From IMG/VR virus record IMGVR_UViG_3300029951_000448: DNA of 64,000 nt. One strand, given 5' to 3'. Below the pieces are notes generated by a model, which worked only from the letters and a program-made list of their open reading frames with translations, had not been told where the DNA came from and made no database searches. Shown one piece after another: positions 18,126 to 27,943 of the stretch. The DNA comes from an uncultured virus (IMG/VR IMGVR_UViG_3300029951_000448) (Duplodnaviria; Heunggongvirae; Uroviricota; Caudoviricetes). A program made the translations under genes and the position numbers. Position 1 is the stretch's first letter, and every line of letters begins with the position of its first letter.

Positions 18126-19337
18126 TCAGGCCTCTTCAGCCGCACGCTGATAGAAGCGGCCGCCGATCATCGAGTGATCGCGGACATCGATGTATTCCAT
18201 CTGCACGGACTTTGAATGCGTGTCGACGTGCGCGAGGAGAAAGCCCATGTTCCACTTCTCGCCGGCGCAGTAACTAGCCGCTCGGCGATGGCCTGCGCCC
18301 AACTGCAGCCACTGATACGAGCCGAACTGAGGCGAATAATCGGACCAGGCGAAGTAGCGATGATGGTGCCCGTTAAACCCCGGGTATCCTAACGAACGCC
18401 CCTCCGGAAAATGGTGGGCGAGCAAACAGTCATACATCACGTGGTAGTTCTTCGCCAGTTCCTGCTTGAGGTCGCGCTCACTGAACGCCGCCAGATCCAT
18501 CCGGGCGATGTAGTTCACCTGGTAGGCGTCAAGGCCCAGCAGTTTCGGCACCGTGAAGCCGTGCAGATCGGAGAGGATGACCTTCAGCGCGGGAGTTGCC
18601 TCACCAAGATGGCGGAGCAATCTGGCCTCATGGTTGCCTTCGATATAGACGATTTCCGTTTCAGGGCAAGCCGTGCGGACATCTTCGAGGAAAGCATGGA
18701 GCCATCTGATGCGGCCGATGACATCCCACTCCCGCGGATCGACGCCGTATTTGCCGAACTCGGGCAGGTCCAGCGCATCGCCGTTGATGACAACTTTCTC
18801 AGGCTGCACACGTTTGGCCGTATCAACGAAACAGCGCCGCCAGAACGGATCGCACTCGATGTCGTGGATGTCCGACGCAACCAGAACCGTCTGGAAGCGC
18901 TTCGAACTGGGGCGCAGGTATGCATCCTCCCAGCCCGACTTCTCCACGTTCATACGGCGCTGCACATCCTTGCTGGCGTGCTTCGCAATATCACGCTCGA
19001 GCGCGTGTGCATGGCGCGACAGGACTATGCCTGCCTGACGCTTGAACTCGTGGAACGTGCCGAAGTGCCTATTCCATGTGGACTCGGATATGTCCGAATG
19101 CACACGGAAGTAATTCCGGCTTATAACTTTGGTTTCGTCTATCTGCGCGATTCGACGCAGCTCGGCGATACAGTCTTCCGATGTCCAGTCTGGCTGGAAT
19201 TTACGCTGATTCTCGGATATCGGTACTGCGCCGCGAATTCGACCGCGCAGGGTACTCTCTGGCATCCCGATCGCCTTGGCGGCGGCATTGACACTCCCGT
19301 GGAGCTTCACGGCTTTCAGCAAGTCGCTTGTGTCCAC
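18126..19337 (-). CDS. Calcineurin-like metallophosphoesterase with N-terminal HTH
   Basis: SDIH, NGDALD, EGNHE and NGHHH motifs; N-terminal HGSVNAAAKAIGMPESTLRGR. Confidence 0.85.
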   Translation of the reverse strand: MDTSDLLKAVKLHGSVNAAAKAIGMPESTLRGRIRGAVPISENQRKFQPDWTSEDCIAELRRIAQIDETKVISRNYFRVHSDISESTWNRHFGTFHEFKRQAGIVLSRHAHALERDIAKHASKDVQRRMNVEKSGWEDAYLRPSSKRFQTVLVASDIHDIECDPFWRRCFVDTAKRVQPEKVVINGDALDLPEFGKYGVDPREWDVIGRIRWLHAFLEDVRTACPETEIVYIEGNHEARLLRHLGEATPALKVILSDLHGFTVPKLLGLDAYQVNYIARMDLAAFSERDLKQELAKNYHVMYDCLLAHHFPEGRSLGYPGFNGHHHRYFAWSDYSPQFGSYQWLQLGAGHRRAASYCAGEKWNMGFLLAHVDTHSKSVQMEYIDVRDHSMIGGRFYQRAAEEA

Positions 19338-19377
19338 AGAAATTCCTTAGTAGGTCTTATATGACCAAATAAACAGC

Positions 19378-19587
19378 TTAACTGGTCAGGATAGGCGCAA
19401 ACTCGCCACAGAAAGAGTCGGCCGAGGTCTCTGGGAAACGATGCTCAACAAAGCCCGTGCTGCCTTCGTAGATCACTTGCGGCGGATAGCGGCGACATTC
19501 GATCGACTCACGAAGGAACAGCGAGTGCTTGCAGTTTTTGCAAATCTCGGTGCGATCCGCTGACTCTGCTTTGGGTTTGCGAGCCAT
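19378..19587 (-). CDS. Cys-rich hypothetical protein (CKNC..ECRRYPP..CGEF)
   Basis: Recurrent small phage metal-binding pattern. Confidence 0.65.
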   Translation of the reverse strand: MARKPKAESADRTEICKNCKHSLFLRESIECRRYPPQVIYEGSTGFVEHRFPETSADSFCGEFAPILTS

Positions 19588-19692
19588 GAGACACCAGAAT
19601 AAAAGCGCTGCCCGAGAGCAGCAAACGTCGATGAGTTCGACGCGAGGAGAGATTGAGGGAATCCGCAAGCGGTCGCGGTTCGTTGCGTTTGC

Positions 19693-19980
19693 TTGTCGCG
19701 GCGGCACAATCTATTGAGCCACATCACATGCGGCAATGCGCTCGACCCTGGAATTTGGGCCCCGGTTGGCGCATCAATGGTCGATTGCGGCTGTCACCCT
19801 CAAGGGAGCGGACTGGCATGCGGCTGCGTGATAAGCCAATCCAGTCCTAACTGCATCACGCTCCCTTGAAGAACCTCTTGCGAGGTCATTATTCTTTCCG
19901 TTCTGTAGCCGCAGGGCGGCAATAATCGCTCTTTAGCCCGAAAGCGACGCCCAGCGGCTACAAAAGCGAACCCGCGACAA
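19693..19980 (-). ncRNA. Candidate structured RNA in the late leader
   Basis: Outer pair 19693-19701/19972-19980; inner stems 19800-19810/19859-19869 and 19904-19912/19954-19962; no convincing ORF. Confidence 0.5.
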
Positions 19981-20056
19981 ATCTCAGATCATTCCGCGCT
20001 GCTTAAGTCAATTTGCGACGGCTTGAATCATTCTCAGATCACTCTTGAATCATTCC
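19981..20056. repeat. Short phased direct-repeat array
   Basis: TCTCAGATCA at 19982 and 20032; CTTGAATCATTC at 20022 and 20044. Confidence 0.7.
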
Positions 20057-20094
20057 AACTGTCTTCGGATCGCAGCAGGTTTCGCCTGGCGGAA

Positions 20095-20971
20095 TCAGTC
20101 GGGCGCAGAACCAGCAGCGAATGCTTCCAATAGCAGCTCGGCGCATGATGTGTAGAAATGCGCGCATGCCAGTGAATAGGTCCCTGCCATCAAAAAGCCT
20201 CCTGCCGTCGCCTCAGCCATATCCTTCATGGCGTCAACCTGAATTCCCATAGCCCCTGATTCTTGCGCATGTCGTTGTCGATCGCCTTCTGAGCTTCCTC
20301 GACTGTTCGATACGAGTGCCATTTATGCCAGTCGCCCATTCTCAATTCAGACCAGAAGTTTCCTTCGAATCGCGTTCTGGCGTGTTCACTCAATCTATAC
20401 TCGACCACAACTGGCTTTGCGCGCTTGTTGCGGTTTGGTTGCGGGCGTTGGTCTACGATTCCGGCGCGAGCGGCTTTGGCCTGATTGCTGCGCGCGCGGT
20501 AATCGCTCATCAGTGTCTCCGCGCAAATAGCGCCTCGGCAGCCTCATCCGGGCTCAGGCCGGCCTGGTGATATCCGCGCAGGCGTTGGCATGTCGCGTCG
20601 CTTGGAGCCCAGCCACGGGTGATATAGCCAGCATGGAAAGCCGAGTCGGTCGCACTGCGAGTCCATTCGTACAAAATCGCCTGTTCGCGCTCAGACATAT
20701 CGTCGGCAGCTATCAGACCCATCGCTACTCCGAATTCTTGGCGCGGCATTGCACCGCTGCAGGCGGGTTAATCCACAGAAAAGGGATCGGCGGGAGAAAA
20801 TAGGGCTTCTGCGCGCTTGCGGGCTTCGCTCCAGCCACCGTCGCGAGGTTTCAGCGATAGGGTGGGGCGCTTGGCTTCGCGGCGCTGCTCGTTAGCCTTC
20901 TGCGCCTGACGAATCTCGGCCACCCTCTCAGGATTGCCGTAGAGATAGGATTCGAGGGCTTGAGATTTCAT
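20095..20971 (-). other. Four small coupled hypothetical CDS (20095-20229, 20226-20510, 20510-20749, 20768-20971)
   Basis: Tightly packed, mostly with overlapping start/stop codons, downstream of the late promoter. Confidence 0.6.
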
Positions 20972-20985
20972 GGCGGCGGAAATGC

Positions 20986-21019
20986 AAAAAGCCCCGCGAG
21001 CGGTTAGCTGGCAGGGCTT
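20986..21019 (-). terminator. tR'-like terminator downstream of the late promoter
   Basis: Minus strand AAGCCCTGCCAGCTAACCGCTCGCGGGGC-TTTTT. Confidence 0.7.
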
Positions 21020-21163
21020 ATGGAGAATTTTGGAGTGCACGATCCCATCAAAAAGCTGTGGGAGCGTTATGGTCGAGGGCGTCTGCTGGTTTCCGGGGAC
21101 TTGCGCTTGTTTGCGCTATCCGTTTCCGGCTCGGGCTAAACGTCATTTATTTGCTCAGGTCAT

Positions 21164-21192
21164 ATCCTAGAACAGATCGCAAGAGTTTACAA
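21164..21192 (-). promoter_or_regulatory. pR'-like late promoter
   Basis: Minus strand TTGTAA-17 bp-TAGGAT, about 140 nt before a terminator and downstream of the Q-like gene. Confidence 0.65.
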
Positions 21193-21205
21193 CAATTATT
21201 TACGG

Positions 21206-21604
21206 TCACGCCACGAAGTTTGGGGATCCGCTCTTTGCCTTCCAGTAGATATGCACGAAACCGGGAGCCATGTAGTGAGAGACTCCGTTTGCATCGAATA
21301 CCCGGTGGCCGCCGCTCGCGCTGACGCTCAGGCGCATTGGTCCTGGAATGCGAATCGAAACCTTCTTGCCATTCGCCAGGTACTCATATACGCGAAATTG
21401 CTCGGAGCTAATGTCGGTGAATTCGTTCTGGCTCTCGTTGAGAAATTCCTGTTCTTTACTCACTTTCCACTCCAACTCAAGGGGGTTAGAAACCATAGAC
21501 AATGCGCTATACCAAGCCTGCTGCCATGTTTGCCAGTCAACATTCATCCCGGCCTTACGCTGCACCTCGAACCGCTTGCGCATTTGAGATTGTGTGCATT
21601 TCAT
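21206..21604 (-). CDS. Hypothetical protein
   Basis: ORF coupled to the upstream gene (ATGA). Confidence 0.65.
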   Translation of the reverse strand: MKCTQSQMRKRFEVQRKAGMNVDWQTWQQAWYSALSMVSNPLELEWKVSKEQEFLNESQNEFTDISSEQFRVYEYLANGKKVSIRIPGPMRLSVSASGGHRVFDANGVSHYMAPGFVHIYWKAKSGSPNFVA

Positions 21605-22047
21605 GTCGCCGCCCAAAGCAACTTTTGTCCGCGCAATGCAGCATCGGTGTCAATGCGTGGCCGTGCTGGCGTATTCCAATTCCCGCCGCCACGTTCGCCA
21701 ATTAATGTCCAGCCGGCAGCCCGGAGCGATGCGCCGCCTTCGGCTGGCAGTGTGTAGGTAATCAGACGCCGGAACCCGAGCGCCTTGGTTGCCCTCCAAG
21801 CGGCGCCGTACAACATAGAACAACCATTGCGCACGCCGTCAGTACAGCAGCGACTCACCTCTAGCGTCCATCCGTCATCATTCCCACGCGCGACCGGCCG
21901 ACCAACAATTGCCACGCCGCGCACCATCTCGCCCTCGGATGCCGCGATGCTGAACTTGTGGCCGATTGTCGGCTTATGGTGTCGATGATGCTGGGAGACG
22001 AATGCATTCGCCTCTTCGAGCGTGATCGGGACGATTTGAAGGCTCAC
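21601..22047 (-). CDS. XF1762-family protein (Mom/GNAT-like fold inferred)
   Basis: ANAFVSQHHRHHKP...GRPVAR..DDG.TLEV.R...ITYTL..E.GASLRAAGW. Confidence 0.75.
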   Translation of the reverse strand: MSLQIVPITLEEANAFVSQHHRHHKPTIGHKFSIAASEGEMVRGVAIVGRPVARGNDDGWTLEVSRCCTDGVRNGCSMLYGAAWRATKALGFRRLITYTLPAEGGASLRAAGWTLIGERGGGNWNTPARPRIDTDAALRGQKLLWAAT

Positions 22048-22580
22048 GCGCCGACTTCTTCCAAAACCCCAAACGCTTTCATTGCGCCGACTCGATGCGA
22101 GCTAACGGCGCCACGAAGGCATTCGAGAACAGTTTCATAGTCGCGCTCGTACTTCTGCCAAGAGCCTGCCGCAAGGTTAGCCATATGAGCGCGCTCATGA
22201 CCTTCGTATGCGTGCTGGCCCGTTCCCCTGCATTTCGTACAGGTATTCATGTTGTGGAACTTGTCCGTCTCCAACCCACGACCGCCGCACTTCTTGCAGT
22301 TCTCGTCGAGCCATTCACGGATCGCAGTGTGGCAGAGCGCCTTCGTCACGTTCCGCTTCTTGCGCTCGTAGAACCGTTCGCCCAGCAGATAAACACAGCG
22401 AGCATAGGCGCGATGATCGTTGGCCCACTTCAAGCGCTCAAGCAGCGCACCAAGCGGTTCTCCTGACATACCACGCGCTGCGATGTAATCGGCGTCGGTC
22501 GGGCCATTGTCGCTCCAGCGTAAATTGCCAGAGTTGACTGCCCGCGCTTCACGTCGTCGGAAACCACTAAAACTTGCCAT
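22044..22580 (-). CDS. Q: Late antiterminator Q (lambda Q-like, Zn finger)
   Basis: CKKCGGRG and CTKCRGTG; position at the end of the nin region, before the promoter-terminator pair. Confidence 0.75.
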   Translation of the reverse strand: MASFSGFRRREARAVNSGNLRWSDNGPTDADYIAARGMSGEPLGALLERLKWANDHRAYARCVYLLGERFYERKKRNVTKALCHTAIREWLDENCKKCGGRGLETDKFHNMNTCTKCRGTGQHAYEGHERAHMANLAAGSWQKYERDYETVLECLRGAVSSHRVGAMKAFGVLEEVGA

Positions 22581-22658
22581 GTGACGCTCCCGTTTTGGCT
22601 TCGCGTATTATACGCTAAACCGCTTCGCACTACTACGAATACTGACTAGATGCAATAC

Positions 22659-23212
22659 CTATTCTTCGAACCCGGTTTGGCCTAGAAATTCGTACCGCAC
22701 CCGATCCTCGCTATCTCGTTCATTCAACTCAGCCATCCCCGCATGAATCTCGCGCGACAGGTTGCGCTCGGGGGCGTCGCGATTCTTGCGGTGATACGGA
22801 GCGAGAAAATCTCCATTGCCATCAGTCAGAATCTCAGCGCCGGGACATGGGTGATTACGTCTCGCGTGTTTTGTTGGCGGTGGAGGGCGTCGCAGTTTCC
22901 ATATCGCAAGCGCAGCAAGACATGACAGCGAGCAAACCCACCAACCAGCAGTGAAGCCCCATAGGAATGTCATGGCTAGTGTCCGCAAGGTAGGTCTTGA
23001 GCCGACATGGCATGCGCCCCGCACGATAGGCAAGTGACCATCCCTTGCATGCGTGGCGTGATAGCGAACGCCTCGGCGATTTCCCTCCGAAGAATTTGCG
23101 CCGTGACGTCCAGTGGGTTACCCGCGCGACAATCGCACCGATCGGGTCCGCAATAGACGAAGCAATGCTTGTCTTCGTGGATGTACTTTGGAAAGTGGCC
23201 GACGATACTCAT
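22659..23212 (-). other. Two small hypothetical CDS (22659-22973 with N-terminal TM; 22976-23212 Cys-rich)
   Basis: Packed ORFs in the nin region. Confidence 0.55.
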
Positions 23213-23634
23213 GCTTTCTCCCTCGGATGCGCCGCACAAAACTCGGCCAGGTTCGTAAATACGCGCTTCTCGCCGTAGTAGACGGTGACGAGCTGGGCGC
23301 TGTTCATAAAAAAATCCGCGGCGACTTCTTGGCTAACACCTTCGACTCCGACGATGCCCGCGAGATAGGGTGCATAAGCAGCCGTCAGTTGCGGCGTATT
23401 TAGCGCAGTCTGCAGCCGCCGCACCTCTGCTACAAGCTCAAGGATTGCGGTGGGGTTGGCGGCAGCGATGTATGCACTATTCTCAACATAGTCCGGCAGG
23501 CATCCGCCTTTGGTCACCGTGACCGCTACTAACGATCCACCGCTTTCCGGCTGAATGCCGCCAAATCCACGATCGCACCACGGTCCTGGCGTCGCCGCCT
23601 CGGCAAGCCGCTCAAGTTCATCGATGTCGGTCAT
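23209..23634 (-). CDS. Ead/Ea22-like protein
   Basis: LERLAEAATPGPW...YIAAANPTAILELVAE signature. Confidence 0.8.
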   Translation of the reverse strand: MTDIDELERLAEAATPGPWCDRGFGGIQPESGGSLVAVTVTKGGCLPDYVENSAYIAAANPTAILELVAEVRRLQTALNTPQLTAAYAPYLAGIVGVEGVSQEVAADFFMNSAQLVTVYYGEKRVFTNLAEFCAAHPREKA

Positions 23635-23849
23635 TTCGCCACCACCGCGATGACTGCTACGCCCACGCCGATAATCGCCAGAATGCCAAGCACAAGCGCA
23701 GTCGGCCCCCAAATCGGTGCCGTGATCCACCACCACCACCACGTTGCCACTACCGTGACGTTCAGAAGCTTGAGCGCCAGGAAGAGGATGAATAGAAGGC
23801 CCATCAGGCCGATACCGCCAGATTTTGCTGATTCGTTGTTGCTAGACAT
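23631..23849 (-). CDS. Small two-TM membrane protein
   Basis: GIGLMGLLFILFLALKL..WWWWWITAPIW pattern. Confidence 0.75.
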   Translation of the reverse strand: MSSNNESAKSGGIGLMGLLFILFLALKLLNVTVVATWWWWWITAPIWGPTALVLGILAIIGVGVAVIAVVAK

Positions 23850-24459
23850 TTACTTCCTCCATTTCCAAAGTAACTTCTTTCTTCATGCGCCGGACTTCGG
23901 CGCGGTAGTGGGCTTTCATTTCGATGATTTCAGGGATGGTGAGCTTCAGTGGTTCGTGCGGGCCTTCTAAGCGCTCGACTTCTACCAGCCCGATCTTCCT
24001 GACGAGGTTCACCCGGTACGCAACCAGAAAGCCGGATTGGTGCCGGTTACATGGCAGACACTGCTTATGCACGTTGGCCGGATCGAACCGGATAGCGGGG
24101 CTAGATCCTCGCGACAAATAATGCCCCGCATCCCATTGACCTTTCCATGAGGCAGGGCGACCGCATGAGATACACGGCAACGCTGCATCCCGCAAACGAA
24201 TCCAAGCATTAAACGCCGCCTGCAATTCCTTAAGATGCGTGCCGCGTGTCTTGATCTTCTCCGCGCGCTCTTTCATTGACTGGCGTTCGGCTGCCTTGGC
24301 CTTGGCCAGCTTCTTTGCCTTATCTCGCTCCGTCAGGGCAATTGCGCAAGGAACGCTGCATGCTTTGCTTAGGCTTGAGATTGGCTGGAAACTATTTCCA
24401 CAATGGCGGCAGCGTTTGGGCTTCAGCGCCTTCTTGAGAGGTGTGGAAGTACGGATCAT
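23842..24459 (-). CDS. ninG: NinG/Rap recombination endonuclease
   Basis: QAAFNAWIRLRD..PCISCG..WDAGHYLSRG..RFD..NVHKQC..CN. Confidence 0.92.
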   Translation of the reverse strand: MIRTSTPLKKALKPKRCRHCGNSFQPISSLSKACSVPCAIALTERDKAKKLAKAKAAERQSMKERAEKIKTRGTHLKELQAAFNAWIRLRDAALPCISCGRPASWKGQWDAGHYLSRGSSPAIRFDPANVHKQCLPCNRHQSGFLVAYRVNLVRKIGLVEVERLEGPHEPLKLTIPEIIEMKAHYRAEVRRMKKEVTLEMEEVNV

Positions 24460-25102
24460 GCCCGTCCTCCTTTTCTCCCCTTGAAGCTGAATGCGAATGC
24501 CCATGGTCCAATGATGAATCTCCAGCACGATCCGTCACGACAAACCATCTTGGATAGGGTTATGACGTTGTAGTGGCGAGTACGCATGCCATCCTTGCTG
24601 CGCTTGCGGTCGTACCAGACTTTTTTGCCGCCATGGCCTTTTGCTTTGCTAACGATCATTTCAGCCCATTAGCCGCGCGCCACTTAAGCCACGGTCCACG
24701 AATTGAGGCGTGAAAATCGCTTTCCGCCTCGGCGTTTGAGTCGAGTTCGGCACGGCTTTCAACCCGACAAGCATTGCGAATAACGCGGGCCGCCTGCTCT
24801 GCGCTCGTCACGTCGGCAGGCAGCATGAATTCATCGTTCAGGAATTCCCAAAAATTCGGATCAGCGCAAAGCATCCCCGCCAGCTTCGCCAGCGGTCCGC
24901 CTTTAGCCTTCTCCGCTTCCGGTGCGCGTTGCTCGAAGTCAGCGACTAGCGGAGCGATGGCGACGGGCATGTCGATCTGGCCGAATGCAGCAAAGAATGC
25001 GGCGCGGAACCGCGGGTCGATATCGATCTGGACGCGAAGGGTGCCATCGGCCATTTCTTTCATGGCGCGGCGGGTGCCTGAGATAACTTGGATATCGCTC
25101 AT
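24456..25102 (-). other. Two hypothetical CDS (24456-24659; 24656-25102)
   Basis: ATGA-coupled; the second has the LC.DP.F..C.VESRAELD pattern seen in phage nin regions. Confidence 0.6.
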
Positions 25103-25755
25103 ACAATCCCCTTGGCGGAATCGCGGAAAATCTTTTCAAGCGCTTGAACTTTTTCCGCCTTCGGTTTGTCGGAGCGAAGCTCGAAGTTGATTTTGTTGGT
25201 CAATCCATTCTTGGCAGTCAGGAGGATGATTTCACCAACGCCGCGCGACAATCCGAGATTAGCGACGCTCTTGCACAGTGGCAGAATGTTCAGGCCGAGG
25301 TTCTTTTGAATCAGCAGGTCAATTCCGAATGCCCCAATCAGACCCACAAGCTCGTCGTACTGACCGCGCTCTTTTTTGAACAGGTATCCGCCGCCGCGCC
25401 CGACTTCCAGCCAGCCCTTACCGCCAAGCTTCTCCGGCGTGGTATTGATGGCCGTGAAAGCCTTGTCCCGATCCATGTCGAGAATGATGCATTCGACGTG
25501 GGTATGCCCAAGCGCGCGACAGGCCGTCAAGCGACGATTGCCATCCACCAGTTCACGGTCGGCGGTAATCAGGACAGGGTAGAGTTGGCCGTATTCCCTG
25601 ATGGCGTCGATTAGCTTCTTGAGCTTCGCACCTTCCTTGGTTCGGGCGGCCGGGTTGTACGGTGTATGCGAGATCGTCGCGATGGGAACAATCAGAATCT
25701 TGCGCTCCGATACCTTGGAGTCGAATACGAGTTTGGTCACTTTGTTTGTGCTCAT
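25099..25755 (-). CDS. ParB/Srx N-terminal domain protein
   Basis: PYNP..LIDAIREYGQLYPVLI...VDGNRRLTACRALG. Confidence 0.85.
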   Translation of the reverse strand: MSTNKVTKLVFDSKVSERKILIVPIATISHTPYNPAARTKEGAKLKKLIDAIREYGQLYPVLITADRELVDGNRRLTACRALGHTHVECIILDMDRDKAFTAINTTPEKLGGKGWLEVGRGGGYLFKKERGQYDELVGLIGAFGIDLLIQKNLGLNILPLCKSVANLGLSRGVGEIILLTAKNGLTNKINFELRSDKPKAEKVQALEKIFRDSAKGIV

Positions 25756-26045
25756 TTCGCCGCCTTCCAATGGACGTATCCAGCGCTATCGATGTGATCG
25801 ACGCGCGCAGTCAAATCCCCCGCCTTCGCATCCCTTGCAGCCTTAGCCCGACTTTCTTCGGTGTTGCGCCCTGATTCGTATTCCCGTTCTGCTGCATCGT
25901 GCAGCTTGTGCGCGAGGCCAGAGAGTTCCGCGATTTCGAAAGCGGCGAGACGATCGATGCCGCGGGCGGTGAAATACTCAATGCGGCAAATCTTTGCCTT
26001 GCAAAGCACAATTAGTTCGGCGGTGTTTAAGATTTTTTCTCTCAT
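25752..26045 (-). CDS. Hypothetical protein
   Basis: Coupled ORF with GGAG RBS. Confidence 0.6.
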   Translation of the reverse strand: MREKILNTAELIVLCKAKICRIEYFTARGIDRLAAFEIAELSGLAHKLHDAAEREYESGRNTEESRAKAARDAKAGDLTARVDHIDSAGYVHWKAAK

Positions 26046-26251
26046 TGATTTTCTCCGGTAACAAGCCATCTGACATCACACTGTGACAGCGCCTTGACCA
26101 TCTGGGCTAGCACGTCGACTCCTGGCTTACGCCGTCCAGCCAGGTAGTGCGAGATGTTCTGAAGCGAGATTCCAGTCCTCGCCGAAAATGTGGATTGATT
26201 CATTGGATGCGTTTCGATTGCCTCGCGCAGGCGGTCGCCAAAGGTGCTCAT
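26042..26251 (-). CDS. XRE-family HTH regulator
   Basis: [40 protein letters not shown]. Confidence 0.9.
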   Translation of the reverse strand: MSTFGDRLREAIETHPMNQSTFSARTGISLQNISHYLAGRRKPGVDVLAQMVKALSQCDVRWLVTGENQ

Positions 26252-26787
26252 GCCGCCGCCGCTAGCAATTCGTCATACCGCTCCAGAAACGCACGCCTGG
26301 CTGCAACTGGGTGAAGTGGGATAATCTTTCCAGCCAGCGGATCAATCCCTTCAATGGATGTCCATATGTGCGTGTCTGCATCCTTTCTCACCATCAAATC
26401 ACGCTGCTCAGTGCAAAGCGCGATCAGGTCTGCGCGTTTGACTTCCGGAGGTAACTTTGGATCTAAACCAAAGCGTGCAAACACCGCAGCTTCTACGCGG
26501 TCTTCGATCACGCCATAGTCGGGAAGCATTCTCTTCAGGGGCTTCGGAATGTCGCCAATAAACGCCTCAGCCGCATCATGCAGAAGGCCCGCGAATGCAA
26601 ATTCAGGAGGCACAATGTGAGATACGAGAACGCTGTGCTGCGCCACGCTGTAGAAGACTTTCGTCTGACCGCCAAATCGGCAGATTTGAGAAAGTCCGTG
26701 GGCGATCGTTTCGATACCGAACTTGCTGCGGCCCGGATCGGTAAAGTCGAAATATTCGCCGTCAATGGTTAAGATTGTGGGAGTCAT
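26248..26787 (-). CDS. HD-domain phosphohydrolase (YfbR/YfdR-like 5'-deoxynucleotidase)
   Basis: [34 protein letters not shown]. Confidence 0.9.
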   Translation of the reverse strand: MTPTILTIDGEYFDFTDPGRSKFGIETIAHGLSQICRFGGQTKVFYSVAQHSVLVSHIVPPEFAFAGLLHDAAEAFIGDIPKPLKRMLPDYGVIEDRVEAAVFARFGLDPKLPPEVKRADLIALCTEQRDLMVRKDADTHIWTSIEGIDPLAGKIIPLHPVAARRAFLERYDELLAAAA

Positions 26788-27943
26788 GCTTGCTCCTTTG
26801 GTAATTCGCTCGTATCCCAGAATTGTTCGTCTTCAGTCGCATTTCCCGCCTCACAAGACAACGCCGCTTCCTGCCTCTCGTGCGAGAGGGCGCGCTGCTG
26901 AAGTTCTGCTGCAAACTCCATGAGTGCATTGGCCGAACCGGGATGCATCCCGCGCTTCGTGGCAAGTTCGTAGAGACTGGTTTTATCCCAGCCGATTACT
27001 TGGGTCATGCTGCCTCCAATGCGTCGAAATGCTCGATCCGCACGAACTCGAAATCGAGTGGCGAAATAAACTTTAAAACCCGAAACCTTTGTTGCGTAAG
27101 GATGTGCGCGATTCTCGGCTGAGATTTATGGCCAAACCCGGAAATTGAGCCGCTTGACAGGCTGTACACTCTGTTTGTGGGTTTCTCAAAAGACACGAAA
27201 CCCACCGACGCCGAGGGCATAAGGCCCCAAGCCCTCGTACTCCCTTTCCCCAAGGGTGTTGGTGCATAAACCCCTCTCATGCGGCTGCTCCGAAAAGTGC
27301 TTCGATGAGTGGGTCGCGGCGAGCAGGACGATTGCGCTCCTGCATCAGTCTCGCTTCCTTGTCTGCTTGAGCTTTGACGCCCACCACTGAACGCGGGCAA
27401 TCCTTGCGATGCCGCGGGTATTTCTTCTTTGGCGGGTGAGGGCGTTTCGCATCTTCGCCATCGCCGATAACCCAGCGCTTCACGGTGTAGCCATCACGGC
27501 ATGGGCTCGGATCGTAGTCGGCAACATGAATCAGCTTCTCCGCCTTCAGTTCACGGATGAAGTAGTCGATATCCTGACGGCACCAGATTCCGAGGTCGGT
27601 GAGCGTGTTGGCTGATACCGGGCCGTGTGTCTCGATCAACTCAAGCATCTCGACCATTCTTGGCGTAGGACGGGGCAGCTTCGGTTTGCTCATACAGCCT
27701 CCTTCGGCCGGTTGGGCGAAAGCGGTCCTTGCTCCTCGATGATCTTGAGGAGGTCATTTACTCTGAAAGCTGGTTGGCTCATTTCCGTTGCTCCCACATT
27801 TGTTTAAGCCCATCCTTCAACTGCTGCTCTGCCTCGGCGCCAAATGCCTTTCCGATGTCGGCGAGGTATCCCCTGCGTTGATCGAGAGTCCATGAGGCGA
27901 TTTCCTCGAGGACTTCAGCGAGGCGAGCGGCGTCGTAGATCAT
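26784..27943 (-). other. Run of small coupled CDS (26784-27008, 27005-27280, 27277-27693 wHTH-like, 27690-27782, 27779-27943)
   Basis: Consecutive ATGA overlaps. Confidence 0.6.

Noticed and set aside
19981..20056. CRISPR mini-array
   Set aside because: Repeats are only 10-12 bp, abut each other without unique spacers, and no cas genes are present.
25099..25755. Plasmid-prophage partition system
   Set aside because: No ParA or plasmid Rep is present, and integrase plus attP indicate chromosomal integration.
26248..26787. DatZ / 2-aminoadenine (Z-genome) pathway
   Set aside because: No PurZ, MazZ or phage DNA polymerase in the window; the HD protein fits the common prophage YfdR type.
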